The notes below the pieces were generated by a model, which searched no databases, was not told the origin of the DNA, and saw nothing but the letters and a program-made list of their open reading frames with translations. Position numbers and translations under genes: made by a program. Shown in pieces: positions 47,417-58,057 of a DNA stretch of 64,000 nt (positions are counted from its first letter, which is position 1; every line of letters begins with the position of its first letter). Origin of the DNA: Thermoplasmatota archaeon (GTDB taxonomy: Archaea; Thermoplasmatota; E2; JACPAO01; JAHFTW01); NCBI GenBank assembly GCA_041601615.1, contig JBFIHX010000003.1, positions 160,001 through 224,000 on the forward strand, read 5' to 3'.

Positions 47417-49213
47417 ATGCGGTCCGCTCCGGTCCTCCTGTTTCTCATGCTCGCATTCGCCGGCTGCCTATCGGGCGACTCGGCAAGCGAAAAGGACCTC
47501 GTAGGCGGCGACGGCGTCACGGCCCTGACTTCGGCCCCGGTCACGTCCTACCTGCACGACCTGTCCGAGCGCCTTGACGTGCCAACCATCACCGTCAACC
47601 TGCGGACACCCATCAGCGAGCTGCTGGAACTGGACACTTGGATCATCCGGCCCGACACGGGCGCCCCAGTCCCCGTGGTCCTGGAAGTGACCCCGTACTA
47701 CGGTGGTGGCGAACCGGAGAGCCTTGGCCGGCTGGGCGCGGAACTCGTCAGTCGCGGCTACGCCGTAGGAGTCAGCAGCGTTCGTGGCACCGGCAACAGC
47801 GGCGGCTGCTTTACCCAAGGCGGCCCGCAAGAGGCCAAGGACACGGCCGCAGTCATCGAAGAGCTTGCCCAGCAAGCTTGGAGCACGGGCGACGTGGGCC
47901 TCATTGGCGTCAGCTACCCAGGCACGACGCCGCAAGATGTGTGGGTCGAGGCGCCACCGAGCCTGCGCACCATCGTACCCATCAGCGGCATTTCGGACTT
48001 GTACAAGTACAACTTCGTCAACGGCGTACCCATCAACGCCCAAGGATTCGCCTTCAATGCCTACTACTGGGCCCTTGTCGGAGCCAGTCCCGCGGGCCTC
48101 AGCGGCGGCGCCCAGCTCCTTGGCGACCCGACCCACGTGGCAACGGCCGTCGCGGGCGAAGCCTGCACAGACCAAGCGGACGTACAGCAAGGCGGCGCCA
48201 CGAGTGCCGTCGACGGCAACAAAGACGCCTACTGGCAAATGCGCGATTTTGAAGCCGAACTGCGTGCATCCTGGGACAAAAACCCAAGCCGAGCCAGCGT
48301 GTTCTACGTCCACGGTTTGCAAGACTGGAACGTCAAGCCGCACAACATGGAGGACTGGCTCCCGGCCATCCAAGAGACGGGCGTGCCGTACAAAATCTGG
48401 CTTGGGCAATGGCCCCACGCCTGGCCCGCCCCCAGCGGCGCCGACTCCACGTGCGAATACGACGAAGCCAACGACCGTGGACGCGCCTGCCGCAGCGACT
48501 GGTGGGACACCGTGCTCGTCGCCTGGTTCGACCAATTTCTGAAACACCGCGACACCGGCATTCTCGACGCGCCCGCCGTGCAGGTCCAAGACGACGACGG
48601 CGTCTGGCGCCACGAAAACGAATGGCCCCCCGCCGAAGTTGCCCGGCACCGATTTGCCCTTGGCAACGGCGTCCTTGGAACGGCCGGCACCGAGCCTAGC
48701 ACTGGGTCCATGTCCTACCACGACACCAACGGCGGACTCACGAGCACCCTCGTCAGCGCCCAAGGCCTCCCAGACCGCGCCGTATGGCGAAGCGAACCCC
48801 TGGCAAACGACTGGCACGTCAGCGGCCTGCCCGTGTTCCACGCCAACGTCACCGCCGACGGAGCCCGCGCCAGCCTTATTCTGACACTCGCCGAGGAAAC
48901 CCCCACTGGCCAACTGCGCAGCATCAATTTCGCCGCGCTCAGCCTCAACCACGCCCAGAGCCTCGAAAACGGCCGCCCAGACATCGGCGGCATCCGGCAA
49001 GAGGTTGAAGTGCAATTCTTCCCGCAAGACGACGTCATCCACGCTGGCAACCGCATCGTCCTGCTGGCCAGCGGCAACACCATCGGCGGCCCCGGCCCCG
49101 GCCTGCAACCCGTCAGCGACGGCGGCATGATCCACGTGGACCTTGCGGGCGCATGGTTGGAGTTGCCCGTAGACCATTCGATTGTGGTCGAAGAGCCGCA
49201 GCCGTACGCGTGA
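47417..49213 (+). CDS. CocE/NonD family hydrolase (Xaa-Pro dipeptidyl-peptidase-like) lipoprotein
   Basis: Lipobox FAGC; TPYY, VRGTG.SGG, G.IGVSYPG nucleophile, HG.QDWNV and GQWPH motifs. Confidence 0.9.
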   Translation: MRSAPVLLFLMLAFAGCLSGDSASEKDLVGGDGVTALTSAPVTSYLHDLSERLDVPTITVNLRTPISELLELDTWIIRPDTGAPVPVVLEVTPYYGGGEPESLGRLGAELVSRGYAVGVSSVRGTGNSGGCFTQGGPQEAKDTAAVIEELAQQAWSTGDVGLIGVSYPGTTPQDVWVEAPPSLRTIVPISGISDLYKYNFVNGVPINAQGFAFNAYYWALVGASPAGLSGGAQLLGDPTHVATAVAGEACTDQADVQQGGATSAVDGNKDAYWQMRDFEAELRASWDKNPSRASVFYVHGLQDWNVKPHNMEDWLPAIQETGVPYKIWLGQWPHAWPAPSGADSTCEYDEANDRGRACRSDWWDTVLVAWFDQFLKHRDTGILDAPAVQVQDDDGVWRHENEWPPAEVARHRFALGNGVLGTAGTEPSTGSMSYHDTNGGLTSTLVSAQGLPDRAVWRSEPLANDWHVSGLPVFHANVTADGARASLILTLAEETPTGQLRSINFAALSLNHAQSLENGRPDIGGIRQEVEVQFFPQDDVIHAGNRIVLLASGNTIGGPGPGLQPVSDGGMIHVDLAGAWLELPVDHSIVVEEPQPYA

Positions 49214-49344
49214 AACCAATAAGGGCAGTCAGAAAAAGGCCGCCGGGTGCATGCGGAACAACTGCAACCAACGACTGCATTGTTTCATTGCATTTTACGA
49301 CAGAGTCCACAAACTAGAAAACGAGCGGCGGCATGTTTCTGGAC

Positions 49345-49857
49345 ATGGGAAATCTCCACATTACAATTCTGTTTGCAATCGCTTTCATGTCGTTTTCTGG
49401 CTGCGCGGACGAACCTGAGCCAAACGACACATGGGAAGAAACGGCGGAAGTTCCCGTCACTTCGTCGGAGTCCGTTGTTTTGGCCGCCAGAAACGGAGAT
49501 GCCCAAGAATTTGATGCACTTTGTATATTCGGGGGGGCATCCGAGTTGAAACGAAATGATAACAAGATTGATACGGGGACTGAGGGGCTGGTGTTCCGCA
49601 TGGATGTGCCCGTGGCCTACACGGGCTATCGGGTCGGATACACCGTTGATGGCGGGGAAATTAATTGGCTCCCGACCCTGTCGGGTGGCGAACAGGGCCA
49701 GGCGGTCGTGGATGTGCTCCCTAGCCAAACAGAAACTGGCGAGGTTCGATGGAGGTTCTACATGGAGGCGAACGTAAAAGACGTCGAGCAGGATTGTTAT
49801 ACAGGAATCGGCAGTGGGTCGATGGCAATCGAAATATCAACAATTATGCCAAATTAA
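49345..49857 (+). CDS. Hypothetical lipoprotein in a lower-GC segment
   Basis: Lipobox FSGC; two further Cys; AT-richer codons than the flanking genes. Confidence 0.7.
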   Translation: MGNLHITILFAIAFMSFSGCADEPEPNDTWEETAEVPVTSSESVVLAARNGDAQEFDALCIFGGASELKRNDNKIDTGTEGLVFRMDVPVAYTGYRVGYTVDGGEINWLPTLSGGEQGQAVVDVLPSQTETGEVRWRFYMEANVKDVEQDCYTGIGSGSMAIEISTIMPN

Positions 49858-49859
49858 TG

Positions 49860-49976
49860 GATAATATGCCTACTACTATTTTCACAACATGTCAAATTAT
49901 ATATAAAGTAGGCGAGATTACTTTATAATTAGATTGAACTATCCTAGTCTAGCAGACCAAAGAGTCTGTAGGTGAA
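49860..49976 (+). promoter_or_regulatory. AT-rich promoter region with TATA-like boxes and an SD (AGGTGA)
   Basis: TTATATATAAA and CTTTATAA boxes; CAGAC-N6-GTCTG mini-hairpin at 49953-49968; AGGTGA just before ATG 49980. Confidence 0.55.
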
Positions 49977-50018
49977 ACTATGAATGATGTAAAATAAAAC
50001 CGAAGCGCATCAATTGGA

Positions 50019-50366
50019 GTGCTTTTGATGTTGCTAATTGCAGCCGTCGGAATATTGGCCGTTTCGACGCCTGTCAGTGCGCATGTCTGCAAATCTGAAG
50101 ATCACGCAGCGTGCGCATCACACGATTGCCCCGACGACGGATCTGTGCACACCCACCGCCACGATGTGCATTGGTGGCGCGATCATGGCTGCACCAGCAA
50201 ACCGTCGTGCGAGGCGCTCGGCGGAGTCATTGCCGGACGCGGGCCGGAAAACGTCGCGGGCAGACTCGACATTAACTCGCCGTGGGAATCTGACAACCGA
50301 GCCTGTTCGGCTGGGCTATACCAGCCAGACCCATACGATATCGTAGGGTTTGACCCACTCGACTAA
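50019..50366 (+). CDS. Secreted His/Cys-rich small protein; upstream in-frame ATG 49980 is interrupted by TAA
   Basis: Signal peptide, then HVCKSEDHAACASHDCPDDGSVHTHRHDVHWWRDHGC. Confidence 0.65.
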   Translation: MLLMLLIAAVGILAVSTPVSAHVCKSEDHAACASHDCPDDGSVHTHRHDVHWWRDHGCTSKPSCEALGGVIAGRGPENVAGRLDINSPWESDNRACSAGLYQPDPYDIVGFDPLD

Positions 50367-50475
50367 GATCTCAGCTTCGATTTTTCCCTCTTTTCCTCAT
50401 TGTTTCAAGACCTTCAGCCCAACGTCCCCATCGCCGCTTTCAAGTGCCACCAGCGCAAGATACAGGAGGTGGAGC

Positions 50476-50742
50476 GTGGACTCAATGGTCCAAAATCCAA
50501 CCCCGCCCGATGAGGGCCCCCACCGCCTGCCCGCCCTGCCCACGGAACTCAAACGTACCTACGACGGCCTCGTCCGCGTCGGTGCCACGAACCCCACGGG
50601 CGGCCGCGACCTGAAGTTCCTGTCCAAGGAGTTGCACGAGAACAAGAAGGAGCTGGACCACGAATTGCATGTCCTTGAAGGCAAGGGCGTCGTGGCACAC
50701 CAGACCAACGGCAACGAAACAGTCTGGTACGCCAGCCGGTAG
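50476..50742 (+). CDS. Small winged-helix-like protein
   Basis: SD AGGAGGT before GTG 50476; LKFLSKELHENKKELDHELHVLEGKGVV...WY resembles a wHTH. Confidence 0.6.
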   Translation: MDSMVQNPTPPDEGPHRLPALPTELKRTYDGLVRVGATNPTGGRDLKFLSKELHENKKELDHELHVLEGKGVVAHQTNGNETVWYASR

Positions 50743-50807
50743 CAACGGCTCTTCGAGTTGAGTTGCGGACTCGTGGACTCGCGGCGGCGGGAGCGCTCGT
50801 CTTGGCT

Positions 50808-52586
50808 TCAGCCGTCGCGGCAGATTGATTCGTACTGCTCGGGTGCGCCCTTGCAGAGTTCTGCCACTTCAGCCTTGGAGAGCATGAACCGGGATTGTTT
50901 GCCGGTTTCATGGTAGCAGGATTTCTGGAACTCGGCTGCCAATTGGGGGCATAGGTCCATGCCGGCTTGGGGGCTGTTTTCTTGCAGGATGACGCCGGCC
51001 GTGAACGACGAGACGCACTGTTGGTGGAAGGCGTCGGTGCTGGCGTAGGAGCAGAGTTTGCTCATCTTTGACGCTTCGCGGTTGCCGTAGGGGGCTGCGT
51101 CGCGGCCTAAGCTTGAGTAGCAGTCGATGGCGTAGTTTCCTTGTTCGTCGCAGATGCGGGAGGCGGCCTCGAAGTCGCCGCCGTTGGCGCGCAGAATCAC
51201 GGAGGTCTGCATGCGCCAGCACGCGGAGGCGAACTTGGATTTCACTACGTTGCAGGGGAACGCCGGGTCTTCGGGTTTGATCCAGAAGGATGGGATGGTG
51301 CCGTCGCCGTGGGCGTGCGGAACGTAGTCAGGGGCGAGCGAGTCGTGGTAGGCGACGACGTTTTCCATGAACACACCGCCAACGCAGGACGCTTCCTCGA
51401 ACCAGCCGGTGAGCTTGGCGCAGGTGTCGAGGCTGCCGGGGACGTCGTAGTTGGTGTACATGGTGATGCCGTGTCCAACCCCGTGGTAGCAAGTGTAAGT
51501 CTCGAACCGGGACTTGGCTGCCGAACAAAGGGAGTTGAGCGCGGAGTCGCTGATCGTGGCACCTTGGCGGGATAAGTCGTCGAAGTATGCTTGCAGGGCG
51601 CCGTGGATGCAGCCCTGGAACACTTCGTAGGAGCATTCTCCGAGCGTCAAGGAGATGTCGAGGCCGTACGCGAGGTATGCGTGGTGGCCCAGTTCGTGTG
51701 CCAGAACGTGGCTCTGGGCGTAGGCTTCCGAGTTGACCTTGGTGAGGGATACGAGCAGATCGAAGGCGGCGATGGAGCCGGACGCTTCCAGCAGGTCTTC
51801 GATGTGGTGCAGCCAACAATCTTGGGAGGGGTAGCCGGCGTCGCGACATTGGGTTTCGAGTGCGTGTCCGGTCGTGGGTCCAAAGTATGTGGTGGTGCCG
51901 ACGACGGAAACGCCGCGGGTGCCGAGCAATTCTAGGGTTCCGTGTCCGCCGTGGCCGTCGCCACCGCTGGCGCCGTGGCTGCCGCCGTGGTCATCGCCGT
52001 GGCCCACTGAGGCAGCAGAAAGCCAGTCTACGCCTTCGGCGGCGATGGCGCCTCCGTACCCGGCAGTGGCAAGGAGAATTCCAGCCCCCGCCATGGCGCG
52101 CACTTGTTGACCGGTGAACGTGGGCATTTTGTGGGCGAGCATGGTGGCGGCGGCGCCCAGTTGGGCAAGAACCGTGACGATGCCAAGGAGGTCCACTGGT
52201 TCGGGCGCGTCGGACCAAGGCGCTCGCATGATGCGCGTCAGGACGTACAACACCGTGGGCGCGACCACCAGAATCGCCAGGCCGGCGTGTTCGAGGCGGC
52301 GGGTGGGGTTGCGAAGGAACACAAACGCCCAGAGAATTTGCGTGATGCCGATGCCCAAGAAAAAGAGGCCTGCGCCGAGGGCGTGGCCCATGTGTGATTC
52401 AACGAGCAACAGGTGCAGTGCTCCTGCAACGAACACGAACCCGGCGGTGAGTGCCGGCCAAGTCGGCGAGGTGGGCGTGGCGGGATTGGAACTGCTAGGC
52501 ACCGGAGCTTCAACAGGGTTGAGCGGCGCGTTGGTGTCCTGGGCGGGCTCGGATTCGGTCGCTCCGGGGTCCATGTTCGATGCCAT
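50808..52586 (-). CDS. Five-TM protein with a His-rich linker and a Cys/His-repeat extracellular domain
   Basis: AG.LH..L...H TM motif; GHGDDHGGSHG linker; HVLAHELGH, GCIHG, CYHGVGHG and CVGGVFMEN motifs; repeated C-x(8-10)-C pairs. Confidence 0.8.
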   Translation of the reverse strand: MASNMDPGATESEPAQDTNAPLNPVEAPVPSSSNPATPTSPTWPALTAGFVFVAGALHLLLVESHMGHALGAGLFFLGIGITQILWAFVFLRNPTRRLEHAGLAILVVAPTVLYVLTRIMRAPWSDAPEPVDLLGIVTVLAQLGAAATMLAHKMPTFTGQQVRAMAGAGILLATAGYGGAIAAEGVDWLSAASVGHGDDHGGSHGASGGDGHGGHGTLELLGTRGVSVVGTTTYFGPTTGHALETQCRDAGYPSQDCWLHHIEDLLEASGSIAAFDLLVSLTKVNSEAYAQSHVLAHELGHHAYLAYGLDISLTLGECSYEVFQGCIHGALQAYFDDLSRQGATISDSALNSLCSAAKSRFETYTCYHGVGHGITMYTNYDVPGSLDTCAKLTGWFEEASCVGGVFMENVVAYHDSLAPDYVPHAHGDGTIPSFWIKPEDPAFPCNVVKSKFASACWRMQTSVILRANGGDFEAASRICDEQGNYAIDCYSSLGRDAAPYGNREASKMSKLCSYASTDAFHQQCVSSFTAGVILQENSPQAGMDLCPQLAAEFQKSCYHETGKQSRFMLSKAEVAELCKGAPEQYESICRDG

Positions 52587-52694
52587 CCGTTTGCGACGAC
52601 ACTCGTGCTTTCAGATGAAGGATTCGCCAAAGGTTGCCTGGGGCCCAACGGTGGTTTGGGGGTCAAAGCAGGGTCGCGGGGCCACCCGGCGGCG

Positions 52695-52892
<198 letters not shown>

Positions 52893-52965
52893 CGAAGGGC
52901 CCTCCGCGCCCTTCGCAACCCCGGGGGCGTGGCGCTCGCGCTCTGCGCTCGACCACGCGGTTTGG

Positions 52966-54105
<1,140 letters not shown>

Positions 54106-54356
54106 GGGGCCGGGACGAGAGGGGCGGTTTTCAGTGTTGGGAGCGGATTTTGGTTCCGTCGGGCAACAACGACGCTTGGGGAACCGACGGACGAGCTTGG
54201 CGTGCTTGAGGCGCACATGGCTTGGATGCAGGGCCGGGCCCCATTCGAATTCGACGAAAGGCGTTGGCTCCATGAAATTCTATGAACTTGGAAGTTCAAT
54301 GATTATCATGGGATGATTTAGAAAGATCAGCCCAATTGTGTGATGGTTTGATACCT

Positions 54357-55115
54357 ATGAATGAACCAATCGTCCGAAAGCAACAATCACTGGCGCTCGC
54401 ATCTATTTTGTCTCTCATCATGATTCTGTTGCCCGTGGGTGCCGTGAATACAGATTTTGATCATTGCAGCGCCCTTTGGGACGTACTTTTGGAAGGCGAC
54501 CAATGGGATGATCCTCTCGGACATCTGGATGCGGCTGGATGGATTTTCCCCAGTCCCCTGGAGGCCTACAGGGCTTGCGGGCTTGATGTCCAAGTGGGGA
54601 CGCTCGCTTCCATCGATCCGCAAGCCACCGGCACGGACGGAAAAGCCACGTGCGTCTATGCTCCGATGCCGGAGGGTACAGAGGCGCCATTAGCGGCACC
54701 CGTGGACATTGTGTTTGTTCCTCCTACGGGTGTTACCCTGCTGAAACTGCAATGTTTCGGCGTGAGTGCGAACCTTGAGGGGGCAGGGGGCGATGTCCGC
54801 CCTCTCATTTACTACGGATCGGGGACGGCGGGCGCATTTCTGCGCGAATTCCAGGCTGAAATCGCGGCACCCGGCGGCACCGACCTATGCTCGAGAATGA
54901 TTGGTGCTGGCTACCGCGAATGCAGCCTGAGGGAGCCCGGCCTGGACCTTGACAATAAGGTTCGTTGCTATGCTGTTGCCGGCACCATGTCCTCGTGGAC
55001 TGTGTTGGCCGCACAATACGCACGCAATCCCAGCCAATGCCCCCCCCCCAATGAGGTGGGTTCCATCATCAGCGAGACAATCTCACGCGCCGATCTACCA
55101 ACGGATGGTCTATGA
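54357..55115 (+). CDS. Hypothetical secreted Cys-rich protein in a lower-GC segment
   Basis: Signal peptide; 8 Cys in the mature region. Confidence 0.65.
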   Translation: MNEPIVRKQQSLALASILSLIMILLPVGAVNTDFDHCSALWDVLLEGDQWDDPLGHLDAAGWIFPSPLEAYRACGLDVQVGTLASIDPQATGTDGKATCVYAPMPEGTEAPLAAPVDIVFVPPTGVTLLKLQCFGVSANLEGAGGDVRPLIYYGSGTAGAFLREFQAEIAAPGGTDLCSRMIGAGYRECSLREPGLDLDNKVRCYAVAGTMSSWTVLAAQYARNPSQCPPPNEVGSIISETISRADLPTDGL

Positions 55116-55181
55116 AGGCCATGCAAAACCATCCTGTTGTCTATACTAGTGATGTCCCGAACAATTCGGAAAGAGATTAAC

Positions 55182-56384
55182 ATGGGCACAGCGCTGCCTG
55201 AAGCTTTGCGCATCGTCATGGTCGTTGCTCTGCTGATGCCCCTTGCAGGTTGCTTGGGCAGCGATGCCGCCGGACCGGAGCCGATGCTGGGGTTCCAGGC
55301 AGCGTTCCAAGTAGATCAAGACCAGGCGCCTCTCACGATTCATTTGGGGCCTGGTGCCTTCGTTAATGCTCTTGGCCAAGTGCAAGAAGCAGGGATGCTG
55401 CACATGCAATGGAATGGCGACCACGCGTTTGCCGCGCTTGACGACATGGGCCAACGGCGTTGGTTCTACCTTCCCTGCGAGCGAGCGTGTGATCGTTCCA
55501 TCGCGGTGTGGGGGCAGGGGGCGGCACCGTTTGGAATAGAAATTGCGCGGACGCAGGATGGCTGGATTCCTGCGACTTCCCCGTCCGGTTCGGGGGGGTC
55601 CCTGGAGGGGCTCTGGCGGGGGGAATGGACGACTCCGACTCCCATCCAAGACGGCAAGGCTGTCCCCCGCTCCGTCCAGTACGACCGGGCCCAATTGGAG
55701 CGACTGAATCTGCAAGCTTCCTCCGAGCCAGGCGCCCGCCTCGCGACCACGGTGCCCGAATGGCCGCCGACCAATCCTACGCGCTCGGCTCAGTACCTGT
55801 ACAACGGCGAGGAAGACACCTTCTGGAACGGCGAGGGATCCGTGCATGGAGCCTTGGAGTTCGTGCGCGACAACAACCCAGATGTAGATTCTTGGCTCTC
55901 GGGCGCGGGCTGCGTCGAGATGGTCTTCTACTCGCAGCTTCGTAGCGACCCCGGCGGCGGGACCTTCGACCTGATTCACGACTCTCGAAGTGAACAAGTG
56001 CAATTCCACTTCTCTGACGGCTCCGGGAAAGGTATGGTGGTCGATGTAAGCTACTACGACAACACTCTCGGAGGCGACCCACGCACCTATCAGTACATGG
56101 ATGCCGCGCCGCGACCCGCCGGGCTGTGCCCAGAGAAGCTTCCCTCTGCTCCTCTTGCGCCCATCGTTGCGTTCATGCAGGAACTCGCAGGCACAGAGCT
56201 ATCGGTGCATGCATTTGTGGTAACGCAAGATAGCGGCTTTGTTCGATACACAGTGTGGGCGCGATCCAGCGAATTTGTAAGTGGCGGCTACCAGTCTTTC
56301 CTCATCAGTTGGGATGCCACGAACCAGAAGATGCTCTCGGCGAGCCTCCCTGACGCCGTCATGCAGAGACTACTAGGGCTCTAA
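55182..56384 (+). CDS. Hypothetical lipoprotein
   Basis: Lipobox PLAGC; weak motif similarity to the ectodomain of 44852..47305. Confidence 0.72.
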   Translation: MGTALPEALRIVMVVALLMPLAGCLGSDAAGPEPMLGFQAAFQVDQDQAPLTIHLGPGAFVNALGQVQEAGMLHMQWNGDHAFAALDDMGQRRWFYLPCERACDRSIAVWGQGAAPFGIEIARTQDGWIPATSPSGSGGSLEGLWRGEWTTPTPIQDGKAVPRSVQYDRAQLERLNLQASSEPGARLATTVPEWPPTNPTRSAQYLYNGEEDTFWNGEGSVHGALEFVRDNNPDVDSWLSGAGCVEMVFYSQLRSDPGGGTFDLIHDSRSEQVQFHFSDGSGKGMVVDVSYYDNTLGGDPRTYQYMDAAPRPAGLCPEKLPSAPLAPIVAFMQELAGTELSVHAFVVTQDSGFVRYTVWARSSEFVSGGYQSFLISWDATNQKMLSASLPDAVMQRLLGL

Positions 56385-57046
56385 CGCGTCCACGCCAACA
56401 CGGGCAGCACAGCATCCATCACGCGGTTTTCGCCCGCTCGAAGGCGCTCTTCAAAGCTGCTGCGCGTAATGCCGAGTCCGGCGGCGACCTCGGCGGTGGT
56501 GGCGCCGCGTGGACTCCGGTAATACCCTGCTCCATGCGCCGCAATCAACGCTTCTGCCTGCTTTTGCGTCGGCGCCTCCAGGGCCGGTTGCAGGCTCCAA
56601 AACAGGCTTGCCTGGATGTCCTCGGGGCGAATTTCTTGGCGGCGCACCACGCGGGTCGGATGCGATCGGGCAAGTTCCACGAGGGCTCCTTGCTCGCCGC
56701 CGGCCAGGGCCAATGCGTCGTAGTGTTCCCAGCCGCGCACCACGCGAAGCGGCTGCTGCCACAGCAGTCCGTGACGTTCTAGGATGTGGCTGATGCTGCT
56801 TTTTGGGTCCACTCTGGGCGTCCAGACCCAAAGCGTGCCGTCTGGTGTGTGCACCGTGCGCTCTGGGGCCAAGTGTCGTGCTGCCGCCTCGTCCACGACT
56901 GCTTGCGGGTGCTTGGTCGCGGGCAAAAAGACCACTTCGAGTCGGTGGCCGCTCCACACGCGCAAGTCTGCATCCAGTTCCGCCGACAGCCTTGCTAGTG
57001 GGCAATCATGCTGAACTCGAAACGTCACTTGGTGCAACCCGTCCAT
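56381..57046 (-). CDS. HTH_10 (bacterio-opsin activator-type) regulator
   Basis: H.CP at the N-terminus; PT.KQ.EAL..A...GYY..PR.AT..EVA..LGI.RS.F.ERLR.GE. Confidence 0.9.
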   Translation of the reverse strand: MDGLHQVTFRVQHDCPLARLSAELDADLRVWSGHRLEVVFLPATKHPQAVVDEAAARHLAPERTVHTPDGTLWVWTPRVDPKSSISHILERHGLLWQQPLRVVRGWEHYDALALAGGEQGALVELARSHPTRVVRRQEIRPEDIQASLFWSLQPALEAPTQKQAEALIAAHGAGYYRSPRGATTAEVAAGLGITRSSFEERLRAGENRVMDAVLPVLAWTR

Positions 57047-57103
57047 GGGCGGGGTATTGGCGCGGGGGCCTTGAGCCTTAAGGCGGCGCCACGGTGGCCG
57101 GTC

Positions 57104-58057
57104 GTGGCTGGAACTGGACCCGTGCGTATCGAACTCCCGGTTCCCTTCCCGCTCAAAACCGTCAACGCCTGGCTTTTTCCGGGCGACGCTCCAGCCCTCT
57201 TAGATTGCGGCATCGGAGACCCGCGCCACTATCAATCGCTGCTTGACTCTGTACGGGCGGCTGGCGTGGATCTGTCTCGCCTGACGCTTTATCTAACGCA
57301 CGGACACGTCGACCACGCCGGCAACGCCCACCGCTTGCGCCGCGACCATGGTGTCCCGCTCGTGTGTCCTCGGGAGGAAGCGCCGTTTGTGGAGACGTTT
57401 CGCCGCGACGAAGCGACCCGCAACGACGCCTTCGCGCATGCATTGCTGGCCCACGGAGCCCCCGCCGAGGACGTTGCGCGCATCCGCGCCGACAGCGACG
57501 CCATCGATGACTACCTCGAGGACTGCCCCATCGAGCAAGGCCTCTCCGACCAAGCGCGGGTGGTATTCGGCAACGACGAAGTCACCGCAGTGCGTACGCC
57601 TGGGCACACACCTGGAAGCACCTGCTACTTGACCGACGACAACGTGCTGCTGTCGGGCGACACGCTCTTGGAACGGATCACAAGCAACGCAGTGGAACTC
57701 AAAGACGACGACCATGGCGCCTACCACCAGTACGTCGAAACCTTGGACTCGCTGCGTCGATTCGTGGGCGTCGAGTGTCTGCCGGGCCACCGCGCTCCCT
57801 TCCGGCTCACGGATGCCGTACTCGACTACCACATGCACGCGCACGAGTCCCGCCGCGAGCGGATTTTGGGATTCTTGGACGCGCCTCGAACCGCGTTTCA
57901 AGTGTTCAAGCACATTTTCCCTGGCCTGAACATGGACGCAGGGCTCTTCATGGGCATGGCGGAAGTGGTCGGGCATTTGCACGCCATGGAACTGGACGGA
58001 TTGGTTCGATGGGATGCGACAGGCGATGGTGGCCTGCGTCGGTTCGCTCAGCTCTGA
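57104..58057 (+). CDS. MBL-fold metallo-hydrolase with a C-terminal wHTH
   Basis: THGHVDHAG, TPGHTPG, SGDTLL and PGH motifs; CCTTAAG ~23 bp upstream; divergent from the HTH_10 gene. Confidence 0.92.
   Translation: MAGTGPVRIELPVPFPLKTVNAWLFPGDAPALLDCGIGDPRHYQSLLDSVRAAGVDLSRLTLYLTHGHVDHAGNAHRLRRDHGVPLVCPREEAPFVETFRRDEATRNDAFAHALLAHGAPAEDVARIRADSDAIDDYLEDCPIEQGLSDQARVVFGNDEVTAVRTPGHTPGSTCYLTDDNVLLSGDTLLERITSNAVELKDDDHGAYHQYVETLDSLRRFVGVECLPGHRAPFRLTDAVLDYHMHAHESRRERILGFLDAPRTAFQVFKHIFPGLNMDAGLFMGMAEVVGHLHAMELDGLVRWDATGDGGLRRFAQL

Noticed and set aside
50808-52586. Multihaem c-type cytochrome
   Set aside because: Motifs are CxH / CxHG, not CxxCH.
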